A stretch of 64,000 bases of DNA from a virus. Positions 53,896-64,000 of this stretch are shown here, piece after piece. The translations under genes and the position numbers were made by a program. The notes below the pieces were generated by a model. That model made no database searches. It saw only the letters and a program-made list of their open reading frames with translations, and was not told the DNA's origin. The stretch spans positions 1 through 64,000 of the IMG/VR virus record IMGVR_UViG_3300037205_000062; one strand, written 5' to 3'. The stretch's first letter is position 1. Every line of letters begins with the position of its first letter.

Positions 53896-55584
53896 ATGTC
53901 ATTTAACTTAGAAGGTATAAGTACAGGATTATTGGGTTATTCATTAAGGAAGGAATTTTTTAGTGATTCTATTCCTTATAGAGAGGTAGAAACATTCAAT
54001 TTTGAATTTTATTCGACTGATATTTCTGGGTTAAGTCCATATAATATTCAAACAAATATCTACAATTATTTTACTGGTATTTATAGCGGAAATATTGATT
54101 GTAAAATTTTTGGAATCCCTACGGAATTTCAGTTTCCATCTGATAATATTAGAACAACTAAATTTGATGTTTCCGTAGAAGTTAGACGTGTACCATCTAA
54201 TCTAACTGGATATACTGAACTTAACACTTCAACTTATTCAGGATTAAATTATAGTTTTTTTTCAGGATATTCTACTTACTTATTAGATTTCAAGGAAGAT
54301 TTTACTTTTGATCAAAATGAAAATGGACATCAATCATTTAATCATACAGTATCATTTGGTTTAATTACGGGTGGGAAAACGGCAGCAATGCAAATTATTT
54401 CTGGTATTTTTGGAAATGATTTTCGTACTCCATTTGGTTTATCGGTGTTTATTAGTGGCATTAGTGGAGCAAATCCAGCAAATGTACAAAATTATTATAC
54501 TGAAAGTTATGATTTAATAAAAAATAGTTATTCATTTAATAAAAAAAGAGATTTTTATCCCAGTGACGCAACTACATTTACATATAATCTTATTCATTCC
54601 ATGAGTTTACAAGCAAATGGAGTATTTGATATTACTGAAAAATGCGATTTACAAGGTAAAGTAAGTTTTTTACAAGCAACTCAAGGATTAAATTTATTAT
54701 ATAATAATTCAATATCAAGATGTACTGATTTTTATAATATGTATAATTCTGCTATAGCCCAACCTGGAGAACCAAATTCCATTGCTCCATTATCTATTAC
54801 TCCCAGAAAATATGTTCAAACTTATAATATACCAAGTTTATCGGCTTCTTATGAAATTACATATACTAATGATCCAGAATTTCAGAATGGAGGTGATAGT
54901 GAAGAAGAAATTATTGAATTAAATGTAGATGAAAAAAATATTGTTACAATTACGGATAAATACACATTTACTTTTAATAAAAGAAATCTTAATTTCCAAG
55001 GCGCTTATGCATTATTAACTGGAGCATTTACTACATCTCCTTCGGCTATATCTGGATATTATGCACAAAGTTGTTTTTATCAACCCTCTTGGCCAATTAA
55101 TATGATAAAAATGGATATAACATGGCCATATAATAAACATCAATCAACTATTGATTTATCTTATTCTAATAATCCTCGTTTTGATGTAACCATTAATAAT
55201 GTCTTATTCAAGTCTTTGGATTATACTATTACTAATTTAGTACCAGTTGATATTGTTCAAGAATATAAGATAATAAATAGGCCAAATAAGTTAAGTGTAT
55301 TAAATTATGCGTATCAAAGCGAAAAAGGAGCCATAACTGTTAATATAAACGCTGGTATTGGTCGTCAAACTAATGAATTTGTGACTGGTTTTAGAACTGA
55401 TATTGCTACATATTTATTAGCCCTGTATCAATATTCAATTACTTTATTTTGGCAACAATTTAGTAATGTATTACCGATTAGTTTTACATATTTTCTATCA
55501 GATATTAAGTATAATATGAATAATGATGGGTCATTAAATATGAATGTACAATTTACATATACATACAAAAAATATCTTGCTTAA
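53896..55584 (+). CDS. baseplate/distal tail protein
   Basis: Follows TMP; F.FDQNENG..S..H.VS block shared with the next gene. Confidence 0.65.
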   Translation: MSFNLEGISTGLLGYSLRKEFFSDSIPYREVETFNFEFYSTDISGLSPYNIQTNIYNYFTGIYSGNIDCKIFGIPTEFQFPSDNIRTTKFDVSVEVRRVPSNLTGYTELNTSTYSGLNYSFFSGYSTYLLDFKEDFTFDQNENGHQSFNHTVSFGLITGGKTAAMQIISGIFGNDFRTPFGLSVFISGISGANPANVQNYYTESYDLIKNSYSFNKKRDFYPSDATTFTYNLIHSMSLQANGVFDITEKCDLQGKVSFLQATQGLNLLYNNSISRCTDFYNMYNSAIAQPGEPNSIAPLSITPRKYVQTYNIPSLSASYEITYTNDPEFQNGGDSEEEIIELNVDEKNIVTITDKYTFTFNKRNLNFQGAYALLTGAFTTSPSAISGYYAQSCFYQPSWPINMIKMDITWPYNKHQSTIDLSYSNNPRFDVTINNVLFKSLDYTITNLVPVDIVQEYKIINRPNKLSVLNYAYQSEKGAITVNINAGIGRQTNEFVTGFRTDIATYLLALYQYSITLFWQQFSNVLPISFTYFLSDIKYNMNNDGSLNMNVQFTYTYKKYLA

Positions 55585-55586
55585 TT

Positions 55587-57227
55587 ATGAGTAATCAAAT
55601 TTCAGTAGTATATAACGGAAATGTTCTTTATCCAGTTCCATTTGTAACGCAAGACTATAAATTTATTGATTATAATGGTAATCGCTGGGGTAACGTATTA
55701 GAAATTACCCTTAATGGTATTTTAAGTGGAATTAATTCTACTGGAAATGTCGCCCAAATTACCAATATTTTTGCCACACAATTTGGTAATCTTCAGGTTT
55801 ATCAAGGTAATCCTTTAAGCGGGGCATCTGGAACTTTAATTTATAATTGGCCAAATGTTATTATTAATGAAATTTCATTTCCTCAATCTCATTATTATGG
55901 AACAACTGCTATTCCATATGTTATAAAGGCTCATAGTTTTAATGTTCCAAGTGGTGTAACCGATCCCTCAAATCAATATTCGTTTACACAAAATGAAGAT
56001 GGAACAGTAGATGTTTCTCATCAAATATCAGCCAAAGGAATAAGAAATTCTACAAGCGCATTAAATAATGCTGTTAATTTTGTACAACAATTTACGGGAA
56101 AACAACCCTTTCAAAATTGTGCTACACAATTTGTTCCAAGTGGGAGCGGTCTTCTTATTAGTTTAAATGAAAAAATTGATAGGGCAAATGGAGCTTATAT
56201 GGTTACTGAACAATATAAGTATTCAACTGGTTTTTCTACTCCATATACTCAAATATCAGATTTAACTATTAATGACTCATTAGATCAAACTTATCTTTTA
56301 ATTGATTATAATGTTAAATTTAAGGGTTCGCCTGTTTATAATAATATTTCAGCTTTGAATCTAGCTATTGCTAGTGGTTTTAATGAAATGAATGATATTT
56401 CTGGATTTGGAGTGGCAAGTGGATTATTGGTTCAAATTACATCGGAAATTATAAGAAATAGTGGAGATGCTTCGATTGAAGTTAAATACTCTTATTATTC
56501 AGGTTATACGTTAGCAGATTTAACTGGATTTTTTGATTATAATGTAACATTGAAAAAGGATTTAATTATACCAAAAGAAACTTGGGAAGTTAAGGGTGAA
56601 TATACTTGTCGTGGGCCAATTATTTATAGACTTCAACAATTAAATGCTTTCAAACAAACTTGTAGTGGAAATTATAGAAATATGTTATTAGGTTTAATTA
56701 GTGGCGCTCCAATTTGGACTGGTTTTCATACAAGTGGGAATTTATTATCTAACAATGCAATAGTCTCAATTAATGAAAATACTGGTATGGCAACTTTTGA
56801 AGCTTCTTTAACAGTTGATGATGGAGCTGATCCTACGAGTTTAGCTAATTCAAGATATGAAATACAAATGCAACCTGGAAAATGGGAATTTGAATTGATG
56901 CCCGCCGCAAATATTGAAGGGCATTATATAGTTCAAGATTTACAGATGCAAAGTCAAAGTAAAATAAATATATCTTTATCTGCTGTATCTCAATTTCCAG
57001 CTAGTGGATTACCAATTTTATCTGGATATTTAAGTCAATTATCAGGTATATATCTTAAAAGTGGTTTTATGATTGAATCGCAATATCAAACAGGCATTAA
57101 TGATTTGTCTTGCGAATCTCATTTTATAGGTCAAGATAATTTTAATACAGGATTATTAAATATTAAGATGGTTGGTAGCAATAACTTTAACTTTGTAAGA
57201 TCATCGGGTTTTTCATTCGGATACTAA
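55587..57227 (+). CDS. baseplate/distal tail protein
   Basis: YSFTQNEDGTVDVSHQISA block; beta-rich. Confidence 0.65.
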   Translation: MSNQISVVYNGNVLYPVPFVTQDYKFIDYNGNRWGNVLEITLNGILSGINSTGNVAQITNIFATQFGNLQVYQGNPLSGASGTLIYNWPNVIINEISFPQSHYYGTTAIPYVIKAHSFNVPSGVTDPSNQYSFTQNEDGTVDVSHQISAKGIRNSTSALNNAVNFVQQFTGKQPFQNCATQFVPSGSGLLISLNEKIDRANGAYMVTEQYKYSTGFSTPYTQISDLTINDSLDQTYLLIDYNVKFKGSPVYNNISALNLAIASGFNEMNDISGFGVASGLLVQITSEIIRNSGDASIEVKYSYYSGYTLADLTGFFDYNVTLKKDLIIPKETWEVKGEYTCRGPIIYRLQQLNAFKQTCSGNYRNMLLGLISGAPIWTGFHTSGNLLSNNAIVSINENTGMATFEASLTVDDGADPTSLANSRYEIQMQPGKWEFELMPAANIEGHYIVQDLQMQSQSKINISLSAVSQFPASGLPILSGYLSQLSGIYLKSGFMIESQYQTGINDLSCESHFIGQDNFNTGLLNIKMVGSNNFNFVRSSGFSFGY

Positions 57228-57295
57228 GTCCCAATTTATATTCGCCTTTATATCTATTTACATGTATAATAAGTTATGGTTTTAAGTGGGAATAT

Positions 57296-57318
57296 GTGTA
57301 ATCTATCTTGGTAAAAGG
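57296..57318 (+). promoter_or_regulatory. GTGTAAT late promoter plus TTGGTAAAAGG leader
   Basis: Same arrangement as 44812-44834. Confidence 0.6.
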
Positions 57319-57319
57319 T

Positions 57320-59362
57320 ATGAATTTAAACAGTTTTCTTACTTGCCTGAATGTTAATGGAATTGTTAGTGGAAATTCCATTCAAGGCGTTTATACCTTC
57401 TCTAGCGGAGATTCTAATCTTATTTATAATAATTTGTATCCTACTGGAAATATGTATTATAGTGGTTTGGTATCTACTATTAGTTACCCACTAATAAATG
57501 TAGGTCAACCAATATCAAATTCATATTTTAGTGGTACTCAACTTTTTAGAATAGGATATACTTCTTCAGGAGACTTTGGTTTATTGTTAGATATTCAATA
57601 TGATAGTTGTTCTAAACAAAATTTAGTTGATTATTGTTTATTATCCTCAAATACTCTTAATAATTCTGGTAAAAATTTTACACTGACCATTAATGATGCT
57701 AATAGATTAACTTTAAAAACAAGTGGCGGATATTATTCAACAGTATCTCAAGAATTGACGGAGCATGATTTAGTTTATTTTAGCATGGCTCAACATCAAT
57801 ATTTAACTTTTGGTGTATTTAATGTTGCTAATAATTATTTTTATAGTAATCAAATTAATTTAGGTGGGCCAATTCTTAATTCGGATATAGTTTATATAGG
57901 TGGCGAATTTAATAATTTTACTTCTACAGGATTCTTTGGTACTATTAATAATGCGGTATTATTTTGTCAGGCTCCATCTAATCTTAATATATGTGTTAAT
58001 TGTTATTTAACTACTGGTTATATTATCAATAGTAATACCCAAACTGTAAATGTGCCACAAATTACTGGATTTTTTTATTCTGGTATTCAAACTAGTTATC
58101 AAACTACTGGAATCGCTTCTGGTATTATTTCAAAAGTAAATGGTGGAACTATTAATTTGGAATTTGGAACAGCATCTACTTCTGGAATAACAAGTGGTTT
58201 ATTAGTTTCGGCATTATATGGAACTACGGGTTTGAACATTAGTCAACCTTCTTATCAATTTTTTCAAGATACTGGTATTGTTAATACTTATAATAAATTT
58301 GAATTAGCATTTGGAACTTCTTTACAATCAGGAGACGCTCTTGAAATTTATACATATTATTATCCAATACCTAATATTGGAACACAATTAATTGGTTTTG
58401 AAGTACCAGCTAATAGTGGCATAATGCAGTTAATAGTAAATGGTGTTGATGAAACTCTTAATGTTGATTATACCATTGTTAGAAATCAAGTAAGTGGTTT
58501 TTATTCTAACGATGTTTTAGCTTTTGACAGTTTAAATTCTCAATCAGTAATAGTTAATTTTAGCGGTGTTTTTAACAATATTTTTACTGGAAGTTCTGGG
58601 GTAAATTCAATATTAAATGTAACTGGTTTAAGTGGTGTTTGTTATAGTAATACTTATTATCCTAGTTTTGGATATGATATTTTCTTAAATGGGCAAAAAC
58701 TTATTTCAGGATATGAATATGGTATACAAACAACTGGAGTTTCTGGATTTAGTGTTAATATTTCGGGTGTAGAAATTTTAAATCCTACTAATAATGGTAT
58801 TGATAATGCTGAATTGGGATTTATACCTCAATTTAATAATATTATTTATTTTTTGAGTGGAGTCACTCAAACTACTCAAACGGTAACTGGAATAGCTGGA
58901 TTTTCTGAACAAGTATGGGTTAATGGTGTTAGGCAAATAAGAAATATTGATTATTTTATTTATAATCCGTGTTCGACGGTAAGTGGATTAAATAATATAA
59001 ATTTACCATTTAAATTTTATAATAATGATCAAGTGGCATGGAACTTTAACTATCCTCCAATAATTTTAAATTATTCTGGATATTTACAGACTGGTAATGG
59101 AAATTTAAGTGGATTTTATTCTTGGTCAAACATAAACAGTGGTATTTTTATTAGTGGAATTTATCCTTCTGGATCATTTATAGAAATTTGGGCTAACTAT
59201 AATAGTGGATTATTTAATTTAATAAATAATATTGATGTGTTATCAACTGGATTTTCTTATAATATAGGTGTGCCAATTCACGGAGTTTATGGTATTCAGA
59301 CACGTTATCATAGTGGAAATTTAATTGGAGATTTTAGTAGTGGATATTATATAAGTTATTAA
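57320..59362 (+). CDS. tail/baseplate structural protein (LamG-like N-terminal part, NGV...DY repeats)
   Basis: YIGG...FFGTIN motif and three (V/L)NG....(D/E)Y units; ATG 57320 after AAGG. Confidence 0.65.
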   Translation: MNLNSFLTCLNVNGIVSGNSIQGVYTFSSGDSNLIYNNLYPTGNMYYSGLVSTISYPLINVGQPISNSYFSGTQLFRIGYTSSGDFGLLLDIQYDSCSKQNLVDYCLLSSNTLNNSGKNFTLTINDANRLTLKTSGGYYSTVSQELTEHDLVYFSMAQHQYLTFGVFNVANNYFYSNQINLGGPILNSDIVYIGGEFNNFTSTGFFGTINNAVLFCQAPSNLNICVNCYLTTGYIINSNTQTVNVPQITGFFYSGIQTSYQTTGIASGIISKVNGGTINLEFGTASTSGITSGLLVSALYGTTGLNISQPSYQFFQDTGIVNTYNKFELAFGTSLQSGDALEIYTYYYPIPNIGTQLIGFEVPANSGIMQLIVNGVDETLNVDYTIVRNQVSGFYSNDVLAFDSLNSQSVIVNFSGVFNNIFTGSSGVNSILNVTGLSGVCYSNTYYPSFGYDIFLNGQKLISGYEYGIQTTGVSGFSVNISGVEILNPTNNGIDNAELGFIPQFNNIIYFLSGVTQTTQTVTGIAGFSEQVWVNGVRQIRNIDYFIYNPCSTVSGLNNINLPFKFYNNDQVAWNFNYPPIILNYSGYLQTGNGNLSGFYSWSNINSGIFISGIYPSGSFIEIWANYNSGLFNLINNIDVLSTGFSYNIGVPIHGVYGIQTRYHSGNLIGDFSSGYYISY

Positions 59363-59392
59363 TATGAAAAGATTTTGTATAAAAAAGCGTAA

Positions 59393-62300
59393 TTGGAAAG
59401 GAGAAGTATAATTATCGGATACCAACTTTTACAAGGAATAGTAGTAACACCTTTAGGTTCTCGTAACCAATCAAGATTTAGTTCGTCATTAGTAAATGGG
59501 TCTTGGCCAACAAGTTTTGCATTTGGAGGTTGGATATATTCATCTTCTGTAGAAATAGGATTTAGTGAAAAACCCACAGAAATTAAATTAGGTATAGTTC
59601 TTGAAGTTGTAAATAAATCTCAACAATATGCCTTCTTTAATATTACAGATGATGATCTTCGGGCTGATGCTGGTAATGGAGGTCAAGAAAGTTTATATAA
59701 TTTAAATATTAATGGGGTTTTATTTAACAATTTTATTTTATATGAATATGAAATTTCTATCGAAAATAATGCGAAAATTTTAACCGTTATTTTCAAAGAT
59801 TATTCGGTGATTTTAGATAAAATTTATATTGGGCTTCTAAAAAGACAGGGTAATACATTTACTCATACAGCCAATTCTCAATTAGTTTTTAACATAAAAT
59901 GTTCTGATTGCGTACTAGCTGGTGATACATTTACTCAATTAGGTTATGCTAACAGAGATATAGCTTTTTGTTCCTATGTTGGTATAAACGGACAGGTATA
60001 TGATAATTTTATTAATTCAAATCCTAATTTAGATATATTTTCTCAATGGAGTAATCTTTTTGCTCAACAAACAAAACCATTTTCTAATACTTTTGATTTA
60101 AATGGTGGTTATTTAATTATAGGAACAGAAGAGGCTACAGATGAACGTTGTGGTAATTTTGCTCAAGTGGGGTATAATTTTAATGAATTATTAGCTTCTT
60201 TAAGATTAAGAGGATTTAATTTTATCGGCGCTTTTCCTTATGGTCAAACTGATTCTGATTTTGTTTACAAACAAAACTATAATGGTACTTTAAGAGAAGT
60301 ATTACAACAATGGTGTTCGGACTTAGGTTATTCATATTATTGTGATGGAAAAAATTTTGTAGGTATAAGTTTAATATATCCATTAGATATTTCGGCTGTT
60401 ACCTCAATTGCTGATCCAACTACAACATTAGGTTCACAATTTTCGCTTGGAACTAATACAGCTATTCTTTCCTATAAATCTAATTCAACGTTAGATAATA
60501 CTTTTACTCAATCGGTTATTTGTGAAAATAATCGTGTTAGAAATGCTACAACTGATAGCAAAACACCAAAAAGATATGTTGGTATTCTTCCATTACATCC
60601 TATTGATTTTAATATTCGTAACCAATCGCCTGTATTAAGAGTTAATGCTTTAGGCGCTCCCTTTATTGATATTGGATGGTCTTATTCTTTTGAACCAAAT
60701 AGTCCTACACTTAATAACACTTTTTTCTTATTGGACAATAGAACATTTGATCACGTAGATACGGCCATTGCTCTTGGTAAATATAATGCTGATTTAAGAG
60801 ATATTTTTTGTCAAGATCAAGCTATATATGGAGCTACTCAAGAAATTAGATCATCTAATTTTAGAGCATTGGGTATGGTGCCATTAATTGAAGTCACTGG
60901 CGAAGAAATGTCATTTGCTATTGAGTCACTCATTCCAACAGCTAAGGATGAAATTTCTAATATTTGTGTGGATAAAAGATTTTATAGAGTTTATATTGGT
61001 TATTATTATCCAGAACTTAAACAGGATACTATCCAATGGGAACAAACAGCAGCAGAGACAATGTATCAATATGGTATAGTTTCGGAAGGTTTATTAGATT
61101 ATTTTCCATATATGCCTCAAAGTTCTTTAACTGATGAAAGTCCTACTGGTGGTTTTTATGGAGAAAGTGGGACTTCATTATTGAGAATTCAACATTCGTA
61201 TGAACCTTCATGTCAACAATATTATCAATTAAGAGATGCTCCATTTAAAGACGTAATTCTTTTTTCTGGTTTAGAAGTATCAACAAATAATGTCACTGTT
61301 AATGCTATTACTGATCCTAATGGAAATCAATTAACACAAAATAATTTAGGTGTTAATATTCCAGTATTTTTACCTACGGGTGATGTATTTCCTGGTGGAT
61401 TATTTTTTGGAGAAATAACTAATTCATGGGGTACTGATCCTTCTGAATTCAATAGAGTTATGTCATTAAATTTAACTGATCCTTGTGTATCTGAATTCTC
61501 ACAAGATCAAAGTTATACAAATATTGTTAATGGAAATACTTATAACAGATTTCAAGATTGGAGATTAGAATTATTTCGTCCACAAGTTACTTCTGATATT
61601 GATTCATTTTATGCTTATTACGAGCCTCAATTAAAGCAAATTCAACCAGTATATAATACAAATGGTGGTAATGTAACTGGTAGCATTATTGATAGAACTG
61701 TTGGTACTTATTATAATTTTAAATACAAACAAAATGCTTTTTGTTCTAAACTTCATATTATGGTATTAACTGATACTAGAAATCATCCTAATATTCAAGT
61801 GAATTTTAATAAATATGGCACTGAATTTGTTAATCCTATTGTATTAACTCAATGGGTAGATAAAGAAAGACAAGCTATTTTAAGAAGAGATCAAACTGAA
61901 ACATTAAGTATTTGCGCTATATCTTTATTACAAGAAATGTGCGATAATATTATTTCTGGTATATACCACGCTGGAACAGGTGATCCAAGGTATCGTTGTA
62001 TTATTGATGAAAATAAATATAATTTCTTAGAAGAAGGTTATCCACTTACTGATTTACTCATTCCTAATTCTAGGGGTCTTAACGTAAATATTATAAAAAA
62101 TCCTTTAAGAAATAATAATATTGATGCTTTACAAGCTACATTCCAAAATGCTGATATTAATGGAGATTTTTATTATTCAGATGTATCTTCAAATTTATTA
62201 ACCTCAACTCAGGCCCAAGCTAGTATGAATATTATTTATCCAGTTTCATTTGGTTCACAAGCTAACTATAGAGGAATTTTGACTTCTCAAGTAGATGTTG

Positions 62301-62755
62301 AAAATCGTATCCCAGAAATTATTAATATTCTTGGAACCCCTACTAATATTACTAATAATAGAGCTGCCACTATTAAAGTTATTAATGAGGTTATTGATCC
62401 TGATCTACAACCACAACTTGATCCATATTTACAAAGATTTGTACCATATTTTACTGTAATTACTGGAACTGGAAATGTGATTACTACACCCGATCAATAT
62501 TATAATTTTATTTCACAACTTAATAGTTATCAATTAACTGGAGCATTTAAGTCAGTCGAATTAAGTTTGGCTGGAACGCCTGATACATTTGGTAATTTTA
62601 GCCAATATTTATCTCCTAATTATGGATTAAATAAAATGAGTATTAATGTAGGCGATAATGGAGTAACTACTTCTTTGTCGTTTAGTGATAGACCACGTAT
62701 CCTACCTAAACAAGAAAGTATACTTAATAAAATTATTACAAGAATAGCACCATAA
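59393..62755 (+). CDS. baseplate hub / tail tip protein
   Basis: 1120-aa ORF with GTLREVLQQWCSDLGYSYY hub-like motif; start codon uncertain (no early ATG). Confidence 0.7.
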   Translation: MERRSIIIGYQLLQGIVVTPLGSRNQSRFSSSLVNGSWPTSFAFGGWIYSSSVEIGFSEKPTEIKLGIVLEVVNKSQQYAFFNITDDDLRADAGNGGQESLYNLNINGVLFNNFILYEYEISIENNAKILTVIFKDYSVILDKIYIGLLKRQGNTFTHTANSQLVFNIKCSDCVLAGDTFTQLGYANRDIAFCSYVGINGQVYDNFINSNPNLDIFSQWSNLFAQQTKPFSNTFDLNGGYLIIGTEEATDERCGNFAQVGYNFNELLASLRLRGFNFIGAFPYGQTDSDFVYKQNYNGTLREVLQQWCSDLGYSYYCDGKNFVGISLIYPLDISAVTSIADPTTTLGSQFSLGTNTAILSYKSNSTLDNTFTQSVICENNRVRNATTDSKTPKRYVGILPLHPIDFNIRNQSPVLRVNALGAPFIDIGWSYSFEPNSPTLNNTFFLLDNRTFDHVDTAIALGKYNADLRDIFCQDQAIYGATQEIRSSNFRALGMVPLIEVTGEEMSFAIESLIPTAKDEISNICVDKRFYRVYIGYYYPELKQDTIQWEQTAAETMYQYGIVSEGLLDYFPYMPQSSLTDESPTGGFYGESGTSLLRIQHSYEPSCQQYYQLRDAPFKDVILFSGLEVSTNNVTVNAITDPNGNQLTQNNLGVNIPVFLPTGDVFPGGLFFGEITNSWGTDPSEFNRVMSLNLTDPCVSEFSQDQSYTNIVNGNTYNRFQDWRLELFRPQVTSDIDSFYAYYEPQLKQIQPVYNTNGGNVTGSIIDRTVGTYYNFKYKQNAFCSKLHIMVLTDTRNHPNIQVNFNKYGTEFVNPIVLTQWVDKERQAILRRDQTETLSICAISLLQEMCDNIISGIYHAGTGDPRYRCIIDENKYNFLEEGYPLTDLLIPNSRGLNVNIIKNPLRNNNIDALQATFQNADINGDFYYSDVSSNLLTSTQAQASMNIIYPVSFGSQANYRGILTSQVDVENRIPEIINILGTPTNITNNRAATIKVINEVIDPDLQPQLDPYLQRFVPYFTVITGTGNVITTPDQYYNFISQLNSYQLTGAFKSVELSLAGTPDTFGNFSQYLSPNYGLNKMSINVGDNGVTTSLSFSDRPRILPKQESILNKIITRIAP

Positions 62756-64000
62756 TGTTACAATTATCAGGAAATAATCAATTAAAGATTCCAGAAGCAA
62801 ATCCATTTGGTTTTGTTTTTAATTCTATATCTGTATTAACTACTGGAGTTTCATCTATTTCATTTGCTAACGCTTCTGGTACTAGTATATCATTTATTTT
62901 ATCTGGTCAAAATATTTATCTAAAAAGTTCTGGAATTAATAAATGTATATCGTCTTATAATACTGGACAAAGTTTTAGTTTAAGTGGTACTTATTTATCT
63001 GGTAATAGTGGATATTATTTTATGGATTTTTATGTTAGAGATTTGCATATAAATTCTTGGCAAGAGTTATTACCTTCAAATCTTTTTTTATTAAATATTA
63101 ATGTAGCTAGTGGAGACTTATTAAATATAGATGCTCAAATGTATTGTAATACAATAAATTCATCTTTAAATTTACCATTTTCTTATGAAGCTTTTTCTAA
63201 TTTTACTGGGAATATAATTACTAATACAAATTATTGGATTTTAGGTTCTAATACTACTTATATAAATTCATATCAATCTTTATTAAGTATAGATAATATA
63301 ATCGCCCCAGTAAAAACAACATTGCCATTAATCTTAAACATAAATGATTTAGACAATAGTTATCAAGATTATCAAGTAAAATCGCAATCTTATCTTACTA
63401 CTAATATTGGAAGTTCAGTCTTAACTGGTAATATTTATAGAAGTGGTAATGAAGAAAATATTTTAGATACATTTGAATTACTAAATACCACTAGTAATAT
63501 ATCAGGATTATTTAACGGAATTTGGAGTGGGGAAACTTTTATTTATAGTGATTTTCCTGAGTATTTAACTTTAAATTTTGAATTTAGCGAAATGAATATT
63601 AGCGGTATTTATTCAACTAATCAAAATATATTTATTAATTTTCAACCATATTTACCATTAAATAATCAAACTTATTATAGTGAATATATTACAGGATTTG
63701 TTTTAACTAATTCGGGTAATTATGTTAATCCTCCAACAGTAATGTTTAATAATTATTATTTTACTACTGGAATGACTCAACAATGGGCCACAATGCTTTT
63801 TAGTAGTGGGTGTAGCGGGAATATTCCATTTTATACTACTGGAGGTGGTGGAACTGGCGCTTCTGGTATAATCCAAGTTTTACCAGTAACCTTATCAAAT
63901 CTTTATGTGGTAGGAAATGCTATATATAATATAGTTACAGGAACATCAATGTACAGTTCTGGAACTAATTATACTGGAATTCCTAATATCATTATACAAA
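62755..64000 (+). CDS. tail structural protein, partial (runs off the window)
   Basis: ATG overlaps the previous TAA; open in the segments read by hand, including the window end; GGGGTGASG...SGTNYT..P motifs. Confidence 0.75.
   Translation, partial: MLQLSGNNQLKIPEANPFGFVFNSISVLTTGVSSISFANASGTSISFILSGQNIYLKSSGINKCISSYNTGQSFSLSGTYLSGNSGYYFMDFYVRDLHINSWQELLPSNLFLLNINVASGDLLNIDAQMYCNTINSSLNLPFSYEAFSNFTGNIITNTNYWILGSNTTYINSYQSLLSIDNIIAPVKTTLPLILNINDLDNSYQDYQVKSQSYLTTNIGSSVLTGNIYRSGNEENILDTFELLNTTSNISGLFNGIWSGETFIYSDFPEYLTLNFEFSEMNISGIYSTNQNIFINFQPYLPLNNQTYYSEYITGFVLTNSGNYVNPPTVMFNNYYFTTGMTQQWATMLFSSGCSGNIPFYTTGGGGTGASGIIQVLPVTLSNLYVVGNAIYNIVTGTSMYSSGTNYTGIPNIIIQ

Noticed and set aside
9529-61079. 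Short antisense or out-of-frame ORFs nested in large genes (e.g. 9529..9879, 25289..25561, 33117..33467, 39933..40442)
   Set aside because: Fully overlap well-supported genes and have no recognisable motifs
1-64000. Stop-codon reassignment (TAG/TGA recoding)
   Set aside because: Long ORFs tile the window under the standard code, and TAG and TGA both end plausible genes
1-64000. tRNA/tmRNA genes, integrase, lysis genes
   Set aside because: No cloverleaf or T-loop signature in intergenic gaps and no recognisable motifs by eye; tRNAscan/ARAGORN would confirm

Overview
This is a 64-kb, AT-rich segment of a large tailed dsDNA phage (Caudoviricetes). No sheath gene is visible, so it is probably siphovirus-like. 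Bases 1-6.6 kb are an early/pre-early region with sigma70-type promoters, several leaderless genes and small hypothetical ORFs. It also holds a GC-richer island (~3.2-6.56 kb) with a structured RNA leader, RNase III-like stems, a DUF932 gene and G-tracts that may mark the genome end. Bases 6.9-14.5 kb encode PhoH, a Cys-cluster sigma factor, a possible TerS, an ERCC4 nuclease and a TerL with a LAGLIDADG intein in its Walker A motif. Bases 14.8-64 kb are the morphogenesis module: collagen fibre, portal, protease-scaffold, decoration protein, major capsid protein, a cassette of fibre/SGNH-esterase/beta-helix genes, neck, tail tube, chaperones, a 2300-aa tape measure and baseplate genes. There are two intact free-standing homing endonucleases and three decayed ones. 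The main signals worth a second look are: (1) a GTGTAA(T) motif upstream of 13 late genes or operons, probably read by the phage sigma factor; (2) strong directional enrichment of [S/T]-G dipeptides across unrelated outer virion proteins, a candidate virion glycosylation sequon; (3) two signal-peptide beta-helix proteins that instead carry [S/T]-N and resemble Verrucomicrobia exported proteins; (4) the structured pre-early island flanked by sigma54-like boxes. No tRNA, rRNA or CRISPR array was seen. All functional calls come from motif recognition and gene order, without database searches.
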